NCBI GenBank assembly: GCA_965222075.1
Contig: OZ244937.1
Location: forward strand, 1,472,001-1,536,000
Direction of reading: 5' to 3'
Source of the DNA: Candidatus Latescibacterota bacterium
GTDB taxonomy: Bacteria; Latescibacterota; UBA2968; GCA-2709665
DNA length: 64,000 nucleotides
Numbering within the stretch: position 1 is the first letter of the stretch; the number at the start of each line of letters is the position of its first letter. Under the pieces are notes generated by a model. That model saw nothing but the letters and a program-made list of their open reading frames with translations, searched no databases and had not been told where the DNA came from. Of the stretch, positions 45,537-54,666 are shown in pieces. Both the position numbers and the translations under genes were made by a program.

Positions 45537-48089
45537 GTGATGAAAAACACGTCTACACACTTTCCGAATACGCGCTTCCGCCTCTGTTTGCTCTTCTGGA
45601 TGATTCCGCTGGGGCCTGCACTCCCCGTCTCGGCCCAGGAGGTTCAAGAGGCGTCAGAAATTGTGCTTTCTCAAGCCGAACGGGACACCCTGATCGCCCT
45701 GGGAGAGCGACAGATGCGCGCAGGCGAACTCAGCGGGGCAGTCGACACCTTCACCCGCCTCGTTCAGGTCTACCCCCGGGATGCCCGTTTGCTCACCCGG
45801 CTCGGCCAGGCCCTCCTCAAAAACAGGGACTTCGATGCGGCCGCGGAGACCTTCAAGGCGGCCAAAAAGCTGGACAAAACCCGTCCCGACGCCTATGTGG
45901 GCCTCGGGCTGGTCTATGCGGAGAAACCCGCCAAGGGAATGGGCGCCTTCTACAACTTCCGCCGCGCCTTGGGGGAAGCCAAGCGGGCGACCAAGATCGA
46001 CTCGACCTACGGACCGGCTTACCGGCTCCTGGGAGAGGTCTACCAGCGCTTTCGGGAGGACTACGAAAAGGCGATCAACTACTACTCAAAATACGTTGAA
46101 CTGGAGCCCGACAACCTGGACGGCCTCTACTACTTCGGGCTGGCCTGCGTACAGGCCAGGAATTATGAAAAGATCAACCGGCACATCGCCCCCTACATGA
46201 AGAAAAACCCCCGGGAGGTAAGACTGCTGCCCCTGGTGGCCCAGGGATATTTCTTCCGGGAGGAGTTCGAGCTGGCCCTGGAGCACTTCGAGCGCTATCT
46301 TCAGCACCTGGACGAGCAGGAGTACGGGCTTCATACCGACATCACCCTTGTCGCTTCCAAAAAGGAGCTTGAGGACTACCGCTCCACCCCCGAGGATGAA
46401 CGCATCGCCTATCTGGAACAGTTCTGGAAGCGGCGGGACCCGGACATTCTGACCAGCATCAACGAGCGCATTATCGAGCACTACCGCCGGGTCTGGTATG
46501 CCCGGACCTTTTTTGCGGATAAGGTCCACCCCTGGGACAGGCGGGGGGAAGTCTACATCCGCTACGGAGAGCCGGATTACCGGTCCCGCTCCATTCAGAG
46601 GAAGTTCACTCAGAGCCCCGCAGTCGAGGCCCTGCGCACCCGCAAGGCCGTGGAGATGTACGGGCACGAGGCCGCCTATCTCTCCTTTTCCGGTCCGGTC
46701 TTTCCCATACGAACGCACAGCGAGGCCTACGGCGTTGACCAGTTTGACCTCCTGGCTGATGCCGATGCGGGGCCCGGCTCCAACCCCGACGGGACATCCC
46801 TCCCCGACCCGGGCGAATCCCCTGCTGTGGAGGACGCCCTTGTGAGTGGGGATGACGTCACTGCCTCAGTCGTGCAGGACCTTATCGGAGGCTTTGGCGG
46901 TCAAGAGATGGAGACGGAAGCATTCGGCGGCGAAATGCCCGATATAACCCACTTTGACGAATCGATGGGCCTGAATCTCCAGCTCAATTTCGACGGCTAC
47001 GCCCCCGTCACCATGCGCAACACGGGTGCCCTGGTGCCCTGGGAGACGTGGGTCTACACTCAGATCAAAGGGGGAATGGAAATCACCTTCACCGACGAGA
47101 CGGGCAACGGACAGTTCGACTTCGCCCCCGTTCCTCCGCTTCTCAACGCCGGGAAAAGAACGGTCCGCCGCGCCGCGCACATCCTCCAGCACGCGCCCGA
47201 AGTGATCTATCGGAAGGCCGCCGCCGACATCCCCGACTACTACCGTCCAGGCATCCAGGGCGAGCCGCTCAACTTCTACTACGATCTGGCCAACTTCCGC
47301 GGCCCGGCCGGACAATCCACCCTCGAGGTCTACTACGGCATTCCGCCCGCCCAGGTCGAAACCGTCCGGGAGGCCGACACCTCCTTTATCCGCGTGAAGT
47401 GCTTCCTGGCCTTAGCCGATGAGGGCCACACCCAGATCTACCGGGACGCAAAAGAGTTGCTCTATCACGGGGCCGATTCCCTCAGCCAGTCCAGAGGTAC
47501 CTTCGTCCCCGAAATCCTGAAACTTGAGGTGCCCCCCGGAAAATACGAACTCCAGGTCCAGCTCAAGGACCAGGTTTCGGGGCACGTCGGCCTCTACAAA
47601 CAGGCCGTGGAAGTCAGGGACTACTGGCAGGACGCCCTGCAGATCAGCGACATCCAGCTCGCTTCGAGCATCAGCGAGGAAGGGCATCTCGACCAGTTCA
47701 AGAAGGGCGACATCTGGATCATCCCCATGCCCTCCCGGGTCTACGGCAAAGCGCAGAAGGTCTACATCTATTACGAGATCTACAACCTGACAAAGAACAG
47801 CTTCGGCCAGACGCGCTACAAGACGCGGTACGCAGTCCGGTCCAGCTTCCAGTCCGGTTCGGGCGCCCTCCAGACCGTCGCCAGGGGGTTTCGCTTCCTC
47901 TTCAAACGGCGAAAGCCCCAGGTCTCGGTCACCCACACGCAGACCGGGACCGAGCCGACGCAGCAGGAATACTTCGAACTCGACCTGACCAAGGTAAAGC
48001 GGGGGGTCAACACCCTGGAGGTCACCATCACCGACGAGGTCAGCGGCCAATCCGCCACCCATGAAATCCGCTTCCGGCTGGGAACTTAG
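45537..48089 (+). CDS. TPR- and GWxTD-domain-containing exported protein
   Basis: Signal peptide, TPR helices, FWKRRDP..T..NE...EHYRRV.YA...F, WDRRGEVYIRYGEPD, WETWVY, LQISDIQLA. Confidence 0.88.
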   Translation: MMKNTSTHFPNTRFRLCLLFWMIPLGPALPVSAQEVQEASEIVLSQAERDTLIALGERQMRAGELSGAVDTFTRLVQVYPRDARLLTRLGQALLKNRDFDAAAETFKAAKKLDKTRPDAYVGLGLVYAEKPAKGMGAFYNFRRALGEAKRATKIDSTYGPAYRLLGEVYQRFREDYEKAINYYSKYVELEPDNLDGLYYFGLACVQARNYEKINRHIAPYMKKNPREVRLLPLVAQGYFFREEFELALEHFERYLQHLDEQEYGLHTDITLVASKKELEDYRSTPEDERIAYLEQFWKRRDPDILTSINERIIEHYRRVWYARTFFADKVHPWDRRGEVYIRYGEPDYRSRSIQRKFTQSPAVEALRTRKAVEMYGHEAAYLSFSGPVFPIRTHSEAYGVDQFDLLADADAGPGSNPDGTSLPDPGESPAVEDALVSGDDVTASVVQDLIGGFGGQEMETEAFGGEMPDITHFDESMGLNLQLNFDGYAPVTMRNTGALVPWETWVYTQIKGGMEITFTDETGNGQFDFAPVPPLLNAGKRTVRRAAHILQHAPEVIYRKAAADIPDYYRPGIQGEPLNFYYDLANFRGPAGQSTLEVYYGIPPAQVETVREADTSFIRVKCFLALADEGHTQIYRDAKELLYHGADSLSQSRGTFVPEILKLEVPPGKYELQVQLKDQVSGHVGLYKQAVEVRDYWQDALQISDIQLASSISEEGHLDQFKKGDIWIIPMPSRVYGKAQKVYIYYEIYNLTKNSFGQTRYKTRYAVRSSFQSGSGALQTVARGFRFLFKRRKPQVSVTHTQTGTEPTQQEYFELDLTKVKRGVNTLEVTITDEVSGQSATHEIRFRLGT

Positions 48090-48150
48090 GAAACCCTCAG
48101 GCGATTTGGGGCCCAGCCCCCGACCCATCTCGATTTCGAAATCACCCGGA

Positions 48151-51100
48151 TCATACCCGACTCAGCGCCGTCACAACGCCCGCGTCTGTACCCACCAGCA
48201 GGCCGGACGCCTCGGGCAGCGCCAGGCGGGTCAACACCGTCACGCCCCCATCCAGCCGGTGGCTCCCGATAACCTCCCCCCCAAGGGACAGGAACACAAT
48301 CCATCCTTCGGAAGTCCCCGCAACGATCACCTCTTCTTCACCGGCCTCAAAAAGGACCAGTCCGGTCACCGCCCCGTTCAGATCCCGGCGCCAGCGCTTC
48401 TCTCCCCGGCCGCTCAACAGCGCCACATGCCCGCTCTCGCTCCCCGCTACAAATCCGGTCCCGCCTACCACCACGCCGTGCCGAACATCGTCCCCCAGGT
48501 TCGCTGTCCAGAGGATCTCTCCGGAGATCGAATCAACCACGTAGACATTCCCATCCATCGCCCCGTAAACCGATTCCTTCACCCCGTCTCCATTCAGATC
48601 CACAAGCGCCAGCGCCGTAAAACAGGGGCCCCCTCGAACCGTCCACCGGATCCCCCCATCGGCCTCTAACAGATTCGACGTATAATACTCCGCGCCCACC
48701 AGGATCTCCTGTTTTCCGTCTCCCTCCACATCTCCAATCACCAGCGTCCGTGCCGCGTGGTGTTCGATCTGCCGCTGCCAGATCTCCTCGCCATCCGGCG
48801 TCAGCGCCCACACCAGCCACCCGTCCGTAGCCGTCAGGATCACCTTCTCTCCGTCTCCTGTCAGATCCGCCGTCGTCACCGCGTTCACATTCTGATCCAC
48901 CCCGTGCGACTCGGCAAACGCCCGCCTCCAGCAAACCCTTCCGGCAGAATCGAACAGCGTCAGCGCACAGTCCCGCCCCCCGGCCAGAAGCCCCCCCTCC
49001 TCCAGATCCGTCAGGTGCACGGCGCGCACTTCCGCGCCCGTCTCGTGCGCCCACAGGACCTGCCCGTCCCGGTCCAGCAGGAGAACCTGCCCGCCGGACG
49101 TCCCCACCGCGGTGGATTTACCCCTCGTATCCGCGCATCGAACCGGGGCCTCTACCTGCGCCTCCCAGATTGGCCTGAGCGGCAGTGTATCCTTCGGCAC
49201 AAAACCGTGCGCTTTAGGCACCCGCCGATGCGTGTAGGGCGCGCCGGACCGAACAGCTCCGCTCAGCGCATCCAGAAATCCGGGCTCGAAAGCCATTTTG
49301 TGCGTTCCAGCCGAAAGCCTGTCCAGTGCAGGCGCTACCTCCCCGTCAAAGCAAATACCCGGCATATTGCGCACCCTCACCCGGGTCTCCTCTTTCACCC
49401 GCACCTCACCCCGTCCCTCACCCGGATATACCACCAGATGCACCGGCGCCTCACTCTCAAATAACGCCTCGCCCGCCCACAGTCCTCTCCCGTTGAGCAG
49501 CACGATGGACGCTTCGGTCAACGCAAAAGCCTCCGCAGCAATACGGAACCCGCCCACCTGCGCCTCACCTTCCGCCACCCCGAAAACCGTCGAGCCGTCC
49601 GGGTGCTCCACCCTCACCAGGCCCTCGCCGATCCGCTCAATTCGGCACGCATCGACCTCCGCCTCCGACCCGGCCGCCATCAGGTTGAAATACCGCTCCA
49701 CATCTCCGGACTGACCATGCAGCGCCTTGTGCTGATTGAAAATCCGGATCAGACCGTCTGCATACGCGTATGCTTCATAGGGGTCGGTTCCCGCAACACG
49801 GGGCGCTTCCGTCACGAGGGACTTATCCGAATCATCCGCATTTCGAATCCGGAAAAACACCCCCTCCTGCTCCACGGTCAGCTCACTCCCCTCCTGACGC
49901 ACCTCCCCAAGCGTCCGCCACAGGCACCGCAGATCGTAATCCGCGTCCTTCAGGAGCTTGAGCGAGTCTGCAACCAGCAGGAACTTCCCCTTCACCCAGA
50001 AAATATCCCGCGTCCAGTCCACCCCGTCGTATTCCGGCACAGCCGTCCTTGTGAAAGCGGCCTCTCCGAAGTCTTCCGCCCACTTCAACCCCACCAGCGG
50101 CGGCACCTCCACACTTTCTCCATCGCAGATCGACACAACCGACGAGTGGTGCCGAGGACGTTTCCAGATGTAATCCAACTCCGCCAGCCACATCCGCCCT
50201 TTCCACGTCAGTCGCTCGATCGAATTGCCGTCCTCGTGCCCGTGCGCAAACGTCGAGGTCCCGTCCAGCAGGAGATAGAGGTCCTCCTCCTCGAAGCCCT
50301 CCCGCAGCGTCAGCTTATCAAACGCCTCTTCGAAGGGCACGTTCGCCCCACCCGGGCCGTGCCGCTCCACCCAATCGTAAAGCGACCGATTGAACGGCGC
50401 AATCGCAACCCCTGTCATCCGGTCGGGCGCCCGTTTTGGGAGCGCCCGGTAAAAACAGCCGGGATACGGTGTTCCGCCCATCCAGTCCAGCGCCCACAGA
50501 TAGCTCCCGTCCTCATAATACCAGGCCGCCGTACAGAGCGCCATCGCTAATTCGAGCGAAACCTTCTTGTGCTTGACCGCCACCTCATATCGGCCCGGCT
50601 GGATGTATGACCACATATCCCCAAAGCACACCTGTACGCCCAGGTTATCCGTAACAAGAATGCCGTAATCGGCAAAGGCCCGGAGCTGGCCGTTCTCCAG
50701 AAAGCGGAAATCGTCCCGCTTCAAATCGTAAATTACCTGGTGATACGGCGCCAGCCAGCAGTACCCCCACCACCCGCCCCCGGCATCGTCGTTCGGCTTG
50801 TAGCTCTCCGCCTGCCCGTCGAAAACCGCCCGGCAAAACCGGAGCTGTTTCTCAAATCCCTCTATCCCATAATACGTCTTGAAATATTCCGCACAGAACG
50901 ACCCGCTCAGCCCCGCAAACGTCCAGTGGTTCTGCCGGACCTCCAGGGGCGGCGGCTCCTCCCCCTTGAAATAGCTCAGGTCTGACACGTAGTTCGCCAG
51001 CCCCCACAGCACATTTGTGATCCGGAGGCGCTCCGCATCCGTAAACGCGTCGCTCTCCTCGATCAGGTCCCAGACCATGAATAGCCGCCACGCCCAGGAA

Positions 51101-51795
51101 TAAATGAACAGCATATGCTCAAACAGCCAGTTCCCACCGTAGCGGTTCCTCACCAGGTCCTCGTAGATAAACAGGGCATCCCGAAACATCCGTGCGCAGT
51201 TGAAATCGTGTGTCAGGTGGTGGACCAGCCCCAGGAAACTCCCCTGATCAACCGGGTAGTAACTGAGGTTGTTCTGAAACATCTCCGCCACCCACGCCCG
51301 GAACGCCTCCGGCGTCATCTCCGGCAGCAGCGCCTCGTGCACCTCCGACCGGGACAGATTCGTATACCCAAAGCGCCCCCCGGTCCCCTCTAAAACCCCC
51401 TCCAGCACCTCCAGCGCCGCAGCCGCACCCTCCACCCGGCTCGCGCCCACCAGCAGCATGTTGTACCCGCAGTTCTCCGGATTGTGCACCGTCCGAATCA
51501 CATACCCATCCCCACCAGGGTAAAAATCGTCCACAAACGCGTATCTTCGACGGTACAGCGCCATCAGTGCCGGGTTATTCATCGCGCTGCCCAAAAGCAC
51601 CCGGTGCCGCTCCTTAAGGGCCGAAGACCCCTTAACAATCGGCAGATCCACACCCGCATGCGCCCGGATCATCTCTTGCAGCCGCTGAGTCAGGGGCATC
51701 CAGGCCGGGTCTGCGGGCGCCACGATCTCCGCCCCTTTCCGGAGGTCTGTGATCAGGTGCATCTCCTTCAGCGTCTCAATCCGCCTCTCAGCCAT
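48151..51795 (-). CDS. large protein: alpha-toroid/heparinase-like core plus C-terminal FG-GAP/PQQ-like beta-propeller (paralog A)
   Basis: QNH, AFDKLTLR.GF, LLLDG...HGHEDGNSI, W.RDIFW, repeated DL.GDG..E motifs; no signal peptide. Confidence 0.7.
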   Translation of the reverse strand: MAERRIETLKEMHLITDLRKGAEIVAPADPAWMPLTQRLQEMIRAHAGVDLPIVKGSSALKERHRVLLGSAMNNPALMALYRRRYAFVDDFYPGGDGYVIRTVHNPENCGYNMLLVGASRVEGAAAALEVLEGVLEGTGGRFGYTNLSRSEVHEALLPEMTPEAFRAWVAEMFQNNLSYYPVDQGSFLGLVHHLTHDFNCARMFRDALFIYEDLVRNRYGGNWLFEHMLFIYSWAWRLFMVWDLIEESDAFTDAERLRITNVLWGLANYVSDLSYFKGEEPPPLEVRQNHWTFAGLSGSFCAEYFKTYYGIEGFEKQLRFCRAVFDGQAESYKPNDDAGGGWWGYCWLAPYHQVIYDLKRDDFRFLENGQLRAFADYGILVTDNLGVQVCFGDMWSYIQPGRYEVAVKHKKVSLELAMALCTAAWYYEDGSYLWALDWMGGTPYPGCFYRALPKRAPDRMTGVAIAPFNRSLYDWVERHGPGGANVPFEEAFDKLTLREGFEEEDLYLLLDGTSTFAHGHEDGNSIERLTWKGRMWLAELDYIWKRPRHHSSVVSICDGESVEVPPLVGLKWAEDFGEAAFTRTAVPEYDGVDWTRDIFWVKGKFLLVADSLKLLKDADYDLRCLWRTLGEVRQEGSELTVEQEGVFFRIRNADDSDKSLVTEAPRVAGTDPYEAYAYADGLIRIFNQHKALHGQSGDVERYFNLMAAGSEAEVDACRIERIGEGLVRVEHPDGSTVFGVAEGEAQVGGFRIAAEAFALTEASIVLLNGRGLWAGEALFESEAPVHLVVYPGEGRGEVRVKEETRVRVRNMPGICFDGEVAPALDRLSAGTHKMAFEPGFLDALSGAVRSGAPYTHRRVPKAHGFVPKDTLPLRPIWEAQVEAPVRCADTRGKSTAVGTSGGQVLLLDRDGQVLWAHETGAEVRAVHLTDLEEGGLLAGGRDCALTLFDSAGRVCWRRAFAESHGVDQNVNAVTTADLTGDGEKVILTATDGWLVWALTPDGEEIWQRQIEHHAARTLVIGDVEGDGKQEILVGAEYYTSNLLEADGGIRWTVRGGPCFTALALVDLNGDGVKESVYGAMDGNVYVVDSISGEILWTANLGDDVRHGVVVGGTGFVAGSESGHVALLSGRGEKRWRRDLNGAVTGLVLFEAGEEEVIVAGTSEGWIVFLSLGGEVIGSHRLDGGVTVLTRLALPEASGLLVGTDAGVVTALSRV

Positions 51796-51814
51796 CGCTC
51801 ATCCTTTCTGGCAT

Positions 51815-51861
51815 CCCTTCCCCAGCCCCTCTCCGATACGATACGGGGAAGGGGCCGGGGG
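51815..51861. repeat. REP-like GC-rich hairpin
   Basis: CCCCAGCCCCTCTCCG-atacgata-CGGGGAAGGGGCCGGGG intergenic. Confidence 0.55.
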
Positions 51862-51916
51862 TCAGGTCCTGATCCCAATCAAAGGCCCTGCCCTTACATG
51901 GCATTGCTTCCATCAC

Positions 51917-54574
51917 TTATTCCACCGGCACCTCCACCCGAACGCTCACTGCCTCATCCGACGTGAAGAGGCGCCTCCCCTCCCACTCAACAAATGTCCC
52001 GCCGTGTAAAACAACCGACCCGCCGCCGTCCTTCCCTCTTCGCATCAAACAGGCGTGGGCGTCTGTAGTCAGCCCGCCTGCGCTGACCGATCCATCCCCT
52101 GTCCTGAAGACCGCCAGCGCCGTCCCGTCCGGGCCGTTCACTCGAATGCCGATCCCGTCCCTCCCCTTTACCCGCTCCGCCCAAACCGGCTCACCCGAAT
52201 CGGACCGCAGGGGCTGAAGCAGGTGGAGGTAGTGTACCCGTTGTACCGGCCCCGGCGCTGGAAACCGCAGATAGGGCAGCCGGTCCGCCTCCCGGGGCGC
52301 GGGCGTGGAATCGATCCTCACCGTCGACGCCTCCGGCCAGAGGTGCGTCACGTGCACCTCGGCCGAGGTCCCCTCAATCCGGAAAGCGCCGCCCGCGCCT
52401 GTCACCTTCCCGCACGGGCTCAGCAGGCGCCACTCGACCTCCCGTGGCGTCCCGTCGGCGGTCTCGATCTCATCGAACAACACCAGGTAGCGCAGGTCCG
52501 GATCGCCGGGCGGCTTCAGAAACATCAGGTGGCGCCGGTAGGTCTCCAGCATCGGCCGGTACGCGTGCGCCGCCTCTCCACGGACGTAGTCGTACCCCGG
52601 GGAGAAAAAGGCCTCCTCGATCCGGCCGCTCTTCGCCACCTCCTCTCCCCCCAGCCACTGCAGGTCGTACTCGCGCGGCACCGGGCTTTCTTCGTGCACC
52701 GTCGGCTGTCCCCGTCCATCCACCAGGATGGTGTTTCGCCCCGGCGTGCCCTCGTACCAGGCCGTCAGATCGTACTGCGCCTGGGTCAGCACCGCCTCTC
52801 CCGTCTTCGGCGTCCGCAAAAGCGTCAACAGTTCCTCCCCAAACGCCTTGAGCGTAAACGCATTCTTATCCCCCTGCTCCTTACTCACCTCCGGCCCGGA
52901 CGTGAAAGCGACGTGCACCCCCTCTGGGTGCAGCGTATCGTGCAACTTCACCAGCCCTAAGTCCCGGAAGTGGAACGCGGTCACATCCCTCTCCGGGGCC
53001 TCCGGTGCCAGCCTCTCGTCGTAGAACAGGAACTCCCAGGGCCCATGGAAATAAAGCCCCTTCGCCGCCACAACGCCTAACGTATACGTCCCATCCATCC
53101 CCTCAACCGCCTTGGCGACCTCGTGCTCACCGGTAAACGCAACGCCCCGCACGTGCCGTCCTCCGGACATCAGCATCATCAAGGCCCGCCCGGCGTCCGA
53201 TCGGTCCTTTCGCAGGGACGCCCGCACCTCGCCGGCGCTCAGGGGAGCAAACGTCAGGGCCGCCTCCCCTCCGTCACCCGCCAGCACCACCGGTCCGTCC
53301 AGGCGGTCCACGACCTCCCCGGCCCCGTCTAAGGCCTCTAAAGAGGCGACTTCAACCCGGTCGCCCTCAACCTGGAGCGTAACCCGGTCGATCCTCTCCA
53401 CGCTTTCAATTCCCTGCCGATCCTGCACGGCGCCGTTCACCCGGACCTCCATCCGGCCGGCCTCTGCATCCCACCGGAGGGAAACCGCGTACAGGGTCTC
53501 CGGCTTATAAAGCACCTTATCCCGGTTGTACCAGTACGCCGGATATCCCTCCATATCGGGCTCCAGATCGTGCTTCAGGGCCAGCCATTGAAGCGCCGGG
53601 TCCCACAGCCTCCTGGCGTGCACCAGCAGACCCGCCCGATCGTCATAATGCCCGCGTGACCGGTACATTTCCATCCCGAAAATCAGAAAGTGCGACAGCC
53701 GGCGCAGCGGCGCGGTATCGAACAGGTCCGGCCCTCCGTTTTGGGCCAGCGCCTCCATAAACCGCCCTCCGTCGCTCAGGCAGACCCCCAGCCATCCCCG
53801 TCCCTCCATCCGCTCCCCGTCCCGCCCGTAGGCCGCCGGCAGCAGGTATTCCCGCGTGAGCACCAGCCCCATATCCAGCCAGTCCCGCGCCTCTTCAACC
53901 TCGTAGAGCAACCCCAGCCCGGCCAGTCCCTCCAGCGGTATGCTCCGCCACCGGTGGTTATTCGCCAGCCCCCCGCGCCGCGCTTCCGGGTCCTGTGTCA
54001 GCCAGTACGCGTCCTTCTCACACAGCTTCTGCCCCTTCTCTCGCAGTCCCGCAAGCAGCCGCTCCCGTTCCGCATCGGAGAACCGTTCCGGAATCCAATC
54101 GTAGACAATCACCGCCCCCGACAGGATCATGGCCGCCTCCATATCCCAGGGATCGGCCGCCGGCCCCCAGTTCTCCCAGCCCGCAAACGCCAACGCCCAC
54201 GCCTTTGCCCGCTCTGCAAAGGCCTCCTCCTCCGTCAGGAGGTAGGCAAACGCATACAGCGGACCGTAGTATTCCATCGCGTACGCGTAGGACAGAAAAT
54301 CGTAGGTCGCCTTCAGAAACGACTCGTCGTAGCTTCCATCGGGCAACCGGCTCTCGGCCGCCCCGGCCGGAGGTTCTGCCGGAATCGGGTTCTGAAGCGT
54401 CAGCCGGGCCGCCCGGACGATCCCCTCTGCGCACGTCCGATACGGTTCCCGCATTGCCATCTCGCGCAAACGGGGCACATCTTCGGCCGAAAAGAAAAGG
54501 TAGGGATGCGCGCGTTCGGCCTTCAACAGCGCCGCGCTGATCCCCCGGTCTCGCAGCAAATTCCGGATGTTCAT
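51917..54574 (-). CDS. DUF4962/heparinase II/III-like protein
   Basis: HPYLFF, NNH, DG...EG, D.NAFTL, NTILVDGRGQ, YVRGEA..AY, RHLMFL; start ATG 54574. Confidence 0.75.
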   Translation of the reverse strand: MNIRNLLRDRGISAALLKAERAHPYLFFSAEDVPRLREMAMREPYRTCAEGIVRAARLTLQNPIPAEPPAGAAESRLPDGSYDESFLKATYDFLSYAYAMEYYGPLYAFAYLLTEEEAFAERAKAWALAFAGWENWGPAADPWDMEAAMILSGAVIVYDWIPERFSDAERERLLAGLREKGQKLCEKDAYWLTQDPEARRGGLANNHRWRSIPLEGLAGLGLLYEVEEARDWLDMGLVLTREYLLPAAYGRDGERMEGRGWLGVCLSDGGRFMEALAQNGGPDLFDTAPLRRLSHFLIFGMEMYRSRGHYDDRAGLLVHARRLWDPALQWLALKHDLEPDMEGYPAYWYNRDKVLYKPETLYAVSLRWDAEAGRMEVRVNGAVQDRQGIESVERIDRVTLQVEGDRVEVASLEALDGAGEVVDRLDGPVVLAGDGGEAALTFAPLSAGEVRASLRKDRSDAGRALMMLMSGGRHVRGVAFTGEHEVAKAVEGMDGTYTLGVVAAKGLYFHGPWEFLFYDERLAPEAPERDVTAFHFRDLGLVKLHDTLHPEGVHVAFTSGPEVSKEQGDKNAFTLKAFGEELLTLLRTPKTGEAVLTQAQYDLTAWYEGTPGRNTILVDGRGQPTVHEESPVPREYDLQWLGGEEVAKSGRIEEAFFSPGYDYVRGEAAHAYRPMLETYRRHLMFLKPPGDPDLRYLVLFDEIETADGTPREVEWRLLSPCGKVTGAGGAFRIEGTSAEVHVTHLWPEASTVRIDSTPAPREADRLPYLRFPAPGPVQRVHYLHLLQPLRSDSGEPVWAERVKGRDGIGIRVNGPDGTALAVFRTGDGSVSAGGLTTDAHACLMRRGKDGGGSVVLHGGTFVEWEGRRLFTSDEAVSVRVEVPVE

Positions 54575-54666
54575 ATTCTCACTCTCCGAATTCGATCCCC
54601 ATGTAAACGCCATTGCAGCAGCGAGGGCCCAGCCCCCGGCCCATCTCGATTTCGAAATCACCCGGG

